Assembly: GCA_965661855.1 (NCBI GenBank)
Contig: CBFIFL010000003.1
Span: 4,614 to 68,613 of the forward strand
DNA length: 64,000 nt
From: Flavobacteriales bacterium
Lineage (GTDB): Bacteria > Bacteroidota > Bacteroidia > Flavobacteriales_C > CBFIFL01
Direction: 5' to 3'
Shown: positions 58,355 through 64,000 of the stretch, in pieces
How the letters are laid out: the number at the start of each line of letters is the position of its first letter
Position numbering within the stretch: the stretch's first letter is position 1
Position numbers and translations under genes: made by a program
The notes under the pieces: model-generated
Database searches by the model: none
What the model saw: only the letters and a program-made list of their open reading frames with translations
What the model was told of the DNA's origin: nothing

Positions 58355-58954
58355 ATGAGTAATTCTGAAATGGACAAGTTTAGCTATAGCTTAGGGATGA
58401 ATATCGCTGCAAGCTTAATGAATGACGGTTTAGATAACGTTGTTGTAAAAGATTTAGCATTAGGATTAGAAGATTTATTGAAAAATTCTGATACTAGAGT
58501 TAGTGCAGAAGAAGCACAACAAATCTTACAAACTGGAATTCAAGAAGCACAAAGCAAGAAGTTTGGCGCGGTTAAGGAAGAAGGTGCTGCTTATTTAGCT
58601 GAAAACGCTAAGAAAGAAGGTGTAACAGTTTTAGAGTCAGGATTACAGTATGAAGTAATCACTGCTGGTACTGGTAACAAGCCTGCTGCAACTGATAACG
58701 TAACAGTACATTATAAAGGAACTTTAATTGACGGAACTGTATTTGATTCTTCAATTGAAAGAGGTCAGCCTGCTACATTCCCAGTTAATGGAGTAATTCC
58801 AGGATGGGTTGAAGGTTTACAATTAATGACTGAAGGTTCTAAATGGAACTTACATATCCCTTATAACTTAGCTTATGGTGAGCAAGGTGCTGGTGGATCT
58901 ATTCCTCCATTTGCAACTTTAGTTTTCGAAGTTGAGTTAATCAAAATAGGATAA
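58355..58954 (+). CDS. FKBP-type peptidyl-prolyl cis-trans isomerase.
   Basis: ...GLQYEVITAGTGNKPAATDNVTVHYKGTLIDGTVFDSS...FPVNGVIPGWVEGLQLM... Confidence 0.8.
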   Translation: MSNSEMDKFSYSLGMNIAASLMNDGLDNVVVKDLALGLEDLLKNSDTRVSAEEAQQILQTGIQEAQSKKFGAVKEEGAAYLAENAKKEGVTVLESGLQYEVITAGTGNKPAATDNVTVHYKGTLIDGTVFDSSIERGQPATFPVNGVIPGWVEGLQLMTEGSKWNLHIPYNLAYGEQGAGGSIPPFATLVFEVELIKIG

Positions 58955-58980
58955 TTCTCTTTAACAAGATTTAGTATAGA

Positions 58981-59011
58981 AGGCATTCCTTATTGGAATG
59001 CCTTTTTTTTG
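58981..59011 (+). terminator. Rho-independent terminator after the FKBP gene.
   Basis: AGGCATTCCttattGGAATGCCTtttttttg. Confidence 0.7.
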
Positions 59012-59091
59012 CTCAAATCTTACTGTCAATTTAGGATTATTTAAGACACTCGTAAGGTCCTATTATTGATATTTGAGGAAAGCAAAAATTT

Positions 59092-59592
59092 ATGAAATAC
59101 CTAGTTTTAGTCCTAATTGTATCATTTAGTTCGATAAGCTTTTCTCAAGTCTCTATTCCTGACAATAAACTGGTGAAATCACCGCAAGCCATAGTAAATG
59201 AATTGATGAACATTATTTCTGGAGATACAACAGAGGTGCGTGATTGGGAACATTTTCGATCGTTATTTATTCCTTCGGCACAGTTCATTATTAAGAATCA
59301 TAATCCACGACAAAGACCAATATCAACTCTTTCACTAGAGGATTTTGTTCGTATGTTAGGTCCTACTTATCAAAAGAATGGTTTTCTTGAAGAACAGTTG
59401 GAAGTAAGAGTGGATGAGTACAATGGAATTGCTCAAGTATTCCAAGTTTATCATTGTAAAACGTTAAATGGGGCATACGAAGCTAAAGGAGTAAACTCTT
59501 ATCAACTTGTTTATGGTCAAAATAGATGGTGGATAGCGAGTTTAATGTGGGCAAGTGATGAAAACGGTGTTGAAGTTCCTGAAAAGCTTTAG
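59092..59592 (+). CDS. Hypothetical secreted protein (166 aa).
   Basis: Signal peptide MKYLVLVLIVSFSSISFSQ; no motif. Confidence 0.35.
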   Translation: MKYLVLVLIVSFSSISFSQVSIPDNKLVKSPQAIVNELMNIISGDTTEVRDWEHFRSLFIPSAQFIIKNHNPRQRPISTLSLEDFVRMLGPTYQKNGFLEEQLEVRVDEYNGIAQVFQVYHCKTLNGAYEAKGVNSYQLVYGQNRWWIASLMWASDENGVEVPEKL

Positions 59593-59602
59593 TGCGTCAA
59601 CT

Positions 59603-60796
59603 TTACCTAATTAATAAACTCGAATCACCAAAACTCAAAAATCGATAATCGTTATTCATTGCATAAGCATATACCTTTTTCCAATCGTCTCCAATCCATG
59701 CTGAGACTAAAGAAAGTAAAGTGCTTTTTGGTTGATGAAAGTTCGTAATGATTGCCTTGATCGATTTGAATTGATAACCTGGCATGATGAATAAAGCTGA
59801 ATGAAAATCAATTTCACTGAAGTCATTCGCTTTTAAATAGTTCAAAATGTATTCACAGGCATCTTTATAAGACCATTCTTGATTCAATTGGTAGGCATCT
59901 TCTTGTCCGACAAATCGAATGGAGTCATCTTGTTTTTGAGACATGTTACAAGCTAACCAATAAAGGCTTTCTAAAGATCTAAGGCTTGTTGTACCAACGG
60001 TTACTATAGACTTATGATGTTGAATTAATTGTTCAATTGCTTTATAGCTGATTACTATTCTTTCTGAATGCATTTCATGATCTAAAAGCTTTTCAGCTTT
60101 AACAGGTCTGAAAGTTCCCGCTCCAACATAAAGCGTTAAATAAGATAGTTCATGTCCTTTTGATTGGAGTTCCGATAGTTGACTGTCGACAAAATGTAAT
60201 CCAGCAGTAGGAGCTGCAACTGCACCTTCTGTTTTTGCATAAACGGTCTGATAACTATCAATATCCTTTTCTTCAGTAGATCTATTCAGGTAAGGAGGAA
60301 GAGGGACTTCTCCTGCTTCCATAAGTATCGAAGAAAAGTCAACCTGATGGTCCCAGTCAAATTGAACAAGAATATCATTACTTCTTTTTTCAATCCATTT
60401 CGCTCTCAGTGTAGTTCCAGCTATTTCCAATTCTAAAACATCATCTTCCTTAAATCGTTTTAGATTACCAACCAAGCATTGCCAAGTGCAAGTATCGGTT
60501 GAGCTTAAAGCTTGTTCTGCGGTTGATTGATGTGGTTCTAAACAGAAAATTTCAATCTTAGCTCCAGTTTTCTTTTTAAAGTAAAGTCTAGCAGCCAATA
60601 CTTTAGTGTCATTAAAAACCAGTAAAGATTGATCAGGTAGATGCTTATCTAAATTCTTGAAGACATCATTTGTGATTTTTCCATTTTGATAATGAAGTAA
60701 CTTTGATTCGTTTCTATTACTCAGCGGATATTTAGCAATTCTATCGTCAGCTAGCTCGTAATCGAAATCAGATGCTTTTAGATTGTTTTGAACCAT
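59603..60796 (-). CDS. queA: S-adenosylmethionine:tRNA ribosyltransferase-isomerase.
   Basis: N-terminus ...FDYELADDRIAKYPL..., ...LLVFNDTKVLAARL..., ...AAPTAGLHF... Confidence 0.85.
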   Translation of the reverse strand: MVQNNLKASDFDYELADDRIAKYPLSNRNESKLLHYQNGKITNDVFKNLDKHLPDQSLLVFNDTKVLAARLYFKKKTGAKIEIFCLEPHQSTAEQALSSTDTCTWQCLVGNLKRFKEDDVLELEIAGTTLRAKWIEKRSNDILVQFDWDHQVDFSSILMEAGEVPLPPYLNRSTEEKDIDSYQTVYAKTEGAVAAPTAGLHFVDSQLSELQSKGHELSYLTLYVGAGTFRPVKAEKLLDHEMHSERIVISYKAIEQLIQHHKSIVTVGTTSLRSLESLYWLACNMSQKQDDSIRFVGQEDAYQLNQEWSYKDACEYILNYLKANDFSEIDFHSALFIMPGYQFKSIKAIITNFHQPKSTLLSLVSAWIGDDWKKVYAYAMNNDYRFLSFGDSSLLIR

Positions 60797-60828
60797 CGCA
60801 CAAAGTTAAGAGTTTCTATCTTTGCGCT

Positions 60829-61728
60829 GTGAAATCGGACTACATTAAACTTCATATAATCATTTTAATTCTAGCATTTACTGGATTGCTAGGAGATATC
60901 ATAACCGTGCATGCTTTGGATTTAGTATGGTACAGAACTTTAATAGGTTCTTTCGGTTTGATGGCTTGGGGAATGTTTCTTTCAAAAAAGAAGCATGGGA
61001 GTTATCTGCAGTTCTTCCAATTGAAACGAAAGAACATCATACTGTATTTGATGATAGGTTTGTTTATAGGTCTGCACTGGTATTGCTTTTTTCACTCCAT
61101 TCATTTGTCAAACATTAGTGTAGGTGTGGGATGTTTATCGTCAGCAGCTTTGTTTACCACTGTATTAGAGTCAATTTTCTTTAGAAGGAAAATTCAATTG
61201 CTTGATGTCTTTACATCTTTGCTAATAATAGCAGGACTATATACTATATTTCAGTTTGAAACAAAATTCGTTTGGGGAATTGTTTATGCCTTAGGAGCGG
61301 CATTCTTTGCTAGTCTTTTTACCGTGTTGAACAAGAAGTATGTGAGTAATAATGGAGATTCTTCTTTTTCGGTGACCTTTTATGAAATTGTAGGAGCTTG
61401 GGTTCTGTGTAATATATTATTGATAGGAGAGGGTGATTTGTCTGTTTGGGAGTTCTCATTGAGTCAAAACGATTGGATTAGTCTTTTGATTTTAGGACTC
61501 GTTTGTACTAGCTATACTTTTGTAGCCAACATTGAAATTTTACAAAGATTATCTGCTTTTGTTGTCGTATTAGCCTTTAATCTAGAACCAATTTATGGAA
61601 TGGTATTAGGAGCCTTTCAAGGCGAAGAAATGACTATAGGCTTTTATATTGGAGCTTGTGTGATCTTAAGTGCTGTGTTTTTATATCCTATAGCGAAACG
61701 TAAGTTTTTCGTAACGACAGAAGGATAA
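60829..61728 (+). CDS. DMT/EamA-like polytopic membrane protein. Start uncertain: the GTG at 60829 is proposed because the long ORF would overlap the queA start.
   Basis: About 10 TM helices; 4 nt after the GTG the remaining frame is open to 61728. Confidence 0.45.
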   Translation: MKSDYIKLHIIILILAFTGLLGDIITVHALDLVWYRTLIGSFGLMAWGMFLSKKKHGSYLQFFQLKRKNIILYLMIGLFIGLHWYCFFHSIHLSNISVGVGCLSSAALFTTVLESIFFRRKIQLLDVFTSLLIIAGLYTIFQFETKFVWGIVYALGAAFFASLFTVLNKKYVSNNGDSSFSVTFYEIVGAWVLCNILLIGEGDLSVWEFSLSQNDWISLLILGLVCTSYTFVANIEILQRLSAFVVVLAFNLEPIYGMVLGAFQGEEMTIGFYIGACVILSAVFLYPIAKRKFFVTTEG

Positions 61729-62295
61729 TTATTTTCCTAGAAGGCCTTCTTTCAAATCTTCATCTGCTGGTTCACCGCATAGCCAAATGCCAAATAAAGC
61801 TTGACTAAAAAACGCTCCTGAGATTGTTTTTTTAAGCGTACCGTTTTTCTCGACTTTTACTCCTTTTCCTTGAATACTAATCAATTTAAACTCATCGTTT
61901 TCGACAATAGCTTCGTCTTTAAAAATGGATTTAAACAATGTTATTTGCGGTGCAATTGAATCAATAGAGCTTCCTGCAGATTTAGAAAATCCATCGTTTA
62001 CAGCCGCTATAAATTTTTCAGATGTTACCATTGAGGATATCATCTTAATTCTTAAAACTTTAGTCTCATTATTATTTATGATTTCGGTAGCATTAGTGGA
62101 CTTGTTTTTCAGATATAATCCAGCTACATAAAGATCAAACCAGTATTTTTCACGAAGTCCTAAACCATTAAGAACAAGCTTTTCTTTACCAATGGTTATT
62201 TCATCTTTAAATTCTACACCTTCGATTGATTTATAAGTGGAAGCACTTATGAGGATTGCAAGTATTAACGCTGAACAGATTTTTAAAAACTTCAT
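61729..62295 (-). CDS. Chalcone-isomerase-like family secreted protein.
   Basis: Signal peptide and ...LVLNGLGLREKYWFDLYVAGLYL... (CHI-like fold signature). Confidence 0.55.
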   Translation of the reverse strand: MKFLKICSALILAILISASTYKSIEGVEFKDEITIGKEKLVLNGLGLREKYWFDLYVAGLYLKNKSTNATEIINNNETKVLRIKMISSMVTSEKFIAAVNDGFSKSAGSSIDSIAPQITLFKSIFKDEAIVENDEFKLISIQGKGVKVEKNGTLKKTISGAFFSQALFGIWLCGEPADEDLKEGLLGK

Positions 62296-62348
62296 AAATT
62301 TAACTTTTAGGTATAAGCAACTAGTAAAACCAAGCTTTAAAATACTAA

Positions 62349-63638
62349 TTATAGATTGTCTTGTAAAGCATTCTTATAAGTGTTAATAGCACGTTTTCTG
62401 GCAAAGTCATGATTGATCATTGGGCGGTAGTTTAGGTCATTCCATTCAGGCACCCACTTATTAACGTAGTCAGAAGACGGATCAAATTTTTGATGTTGTG
62501 AACTAGGATTAAATACTCTGAAATATGGAGCTGCGTCACAACCGGTTCCGGCTGCCCATTGCCAATTACCTACGTTTGAAGCTAATTCAAAGTCGAAGAG
62601 TTTTTCTGCGAAGTATCTTTCACCCCATCTCCAATCAATTAATAGATGCTTACAAAGAAAAGAGGCAACAATCATTCTTACTCGGTTATGCATAAAACCA
62701 GTAGTGTTAAGTTCTCTCATTCCTGCATCAACCATTGGAAATCCAGTTAAACCATTACACCACTTTTTAAAATCATCTTGATTATTATTCCACAAGACAG
62801 CTTCATATTTTGATTTAAAACAATGATTCGCTGAATCCGGAAAAAAGAATAGAATATGAATGAAAAACTCTCTCCAGATTAACTCTGATATGAAAACATC
62901 ATTTTCTTGATGAGCTTTAAAAAGTTGTCGGATACTAATACTTCCAAAGCGCAAGTGAGCTCCTAGTTTACTGGTTTTATCCAGTCCTGGAAAGTTTCTG
63001 TTTTCTTCGTAATCGTCCAGATCATTATTTATTGAAGGGACTTTTATTCTTGACTCTTCAAGGTCTATATCGTTTAGACTTGGAAACGTGCTTTCTTGTG
63101 AGTAGAATTGACCTTTTTCTAATTCAACAGGATGTTCTAAAAGTTCAAATTTAGACAAGGATTTTAGATACTGCTTTTTAAACGGAGTGTAAATTTGATA
63201 GGGACTACCATCTTTTTTAACTACGCTCCCTGGTTTTTTTATTAGGTGATCTTGAAATGACTTAAATTCAATTCCCTTTTGTATAGCAAAGTTTGATATT
63301 AGTTGATCCCTCTCCATTCCGTAAGATTCATAATCTTCATTACAATAAATGGATCTTATGGTGAATTTTTCAGAGAGTTTAGTAAATATATCAAGTGGTT
63401 TACCTTTTGATATATTTAGATTGGTATCAAAAGCTTTGAATGTATTTTGCATTTCATTTAGAAGATCGTAAATGAAATTTAAACGGGGATCATTTTTAGG
63501 TAGTTTGGATGTTATTTCCGTATCGAAAATAAAAATAGGGTAAATGTTTTTACCCTTATCATGAATAATTTGAGACAAAGCATGATTGTCAAACAATCTT
63601 AAATCTCGTCTAAACCAGATAATATTAATCTCCTGCAT
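62349..63638 (-). CDS. Deoxyribodipyrimidine photolyase/cryptochrome family flavoprotein.
   Basis: ...IIWFRRDLRLFDNHAL..., FAD-binding ...FPMVDAGMRELNTTGFMHNRVRMIVASFL...WQWAAGTGCDAAPYFRVFNP... Confidence 0.85.
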   Translation of the reverse strand: MQEINIIWFRRDLRLFDNHALSQIIHDKGKNIYPIFIFDTEITSKLPKNDPRLNFIYDLLNEMQNTFKAFDTNLNISKGKPLDIFTKLSEKFTIRSIYCNEDYESYGMERDQLISNFAIQKGIEFKSFQDHLIKKPGSVVKKDGSPYQIYTPFKKQYLKSLSKFELLEHPVELEKGQFYSQESTFPSLNDIDLEESRIKVPSINNDLDDYEENRNFPGLDKTSKLGAHLRFGSISIRQLFKAHQENDVFISELIWREFFIHILFFFPDSANHCFKSKYEAVLWNNNQDDFKKWCNGLTGFPMVDAGMRELNTTGFMHNRVRMIVASFLCKHLLIDWRWGERYFAEKLFDFELASNVGNWQWAAGTGCDAAPYFRVFNPSSQHQKFDPSSDYVNKWVPEWNDLNYRPMINHDFARKRAINTYKNALQDNL

Positions 63639-63669
63639 ATAAATTAAAACAGACAGGAGGTAAATCAGT

Positions 63670-64000
63670 TTATAAATCGGAACGTTTTTCGTTTCGTTGG
63701 TATACTCTGTTCATCATAATCAATAATGGATGTTCAGATTCTCCTAAAAACTCCTCAAAATCAGTCTCTTTTACAAACGATTCCATTTCGTTTATCTCGC
63801 TTTCAGTAGGAGCGATATAACCCATTGACCAATTCTCAAAAGAACGCTCTTCCTCTGTTTTTTTAGCAATGATTACCGCATCAGAATGACGATGATCTTT
63901 TACAATTTTGGTGTACGTTTTATTAACATCTTTTTCTTCGCCCTCAAGCAACTGAATAAATAGTCCGTTAGTTTATAAGAGTAAACCCGATACATTAACA
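63670..64000 (-). pseudogene. BLUF blue-light sensor domain protein: C-terminal part, extending past the window end, interrupted by an in-frame TAA (minus strand, at 63973-63975) in place of the conserved Tyr.
   Basis: Reading through the stop gives ...VNVSGLLL*TNGLFIQLLEGEEKDVNKTYTKIVKDHRHSDAVII...FENWSMGYI..., which matches the BLUF core ...G.LLY..G.F.Q.LEG....Y..I..D.RH.... Confidence 0.55.

Noticed and set aside
60772-60828. Longest-ORF start (ATG 60772) for the DMT-like membrane protein.
   Set aside because: It would overlap the divergent queA start codon by 25 nt. An in-frame GTG at 60829 just before the first TM helix is the more plausible start.

Overview
AT-rich (~35% GC) chromosomal window, most consistent with Bacteroidota (Flavobacteriia-like). 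Supporting signs: a T9SS-type C-terminal sorting domain, DUF5686/DUF4159/WbqC/LysM proteins, SD-less gene starts with TAnnTTTG-like -7 boxes, and many TAATG/ATGA translationally coupled gene pairs. The window is mostly core metabolism and envelope genes on both strands: Tex, methylmalonyl-CoA mutase mutA-mutB (with meaB 10 kb away), a long-form signal peptidase I, biotin carboxylase, family III CoA-transferase, kdsA, proline dehydrogenase, aroB-aroA and aroE, mnmA, plsY, relA/spoT, rsmE, thiolase, sucC, guaA, hemF, FKBP PPIase, queA, photolyase and a BLUF sensor. No rRNA, tRNA, CRISPR, transposase or integrase is recognisable. Features that stand out: (1) a 2115-aa envelope protein with an N-terminal TPR/PD40-like module, a ~1400-aa acidic coiled-coil spacer and three C-terminal SPOR domains; (2) a 29-bp near-perfect stem-loop with one strand-specific G·U wobble in the accC/CoA-transferase intergenic region; (3) a repeat element made of inverted (TAGTG)n...(CACTAA)n heptamer arrays, found immediately upstream of both accC and rsmE and sharing the 12-mer ACTAAGCACTAA; (4) in-frame stop codons interrupting two otherwise well-conserved genes, hemF (TGA) and the BLUF photoreceptor (TAA replacing the conserved Tyr); (5) a higBA toxin-antitoxin pair within a core metabolic neighbourhood; (6) a translationally overlapped 717-aa lipoprotein / 394-aa outer-membrane β-barrel pair of unknown function; (7) a 68-aa lipoprotein with 10 cysteines; (8) a phosphosulfolactate-synthase(ComA)-rhodanese-DUF368 cluster. 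Nine rho-independent terminators were located, several of them bidirectional hairpins that overlap convergent stop codons. All functional assignments rest on motif recognition from the translated ORFs; no database search was possible.
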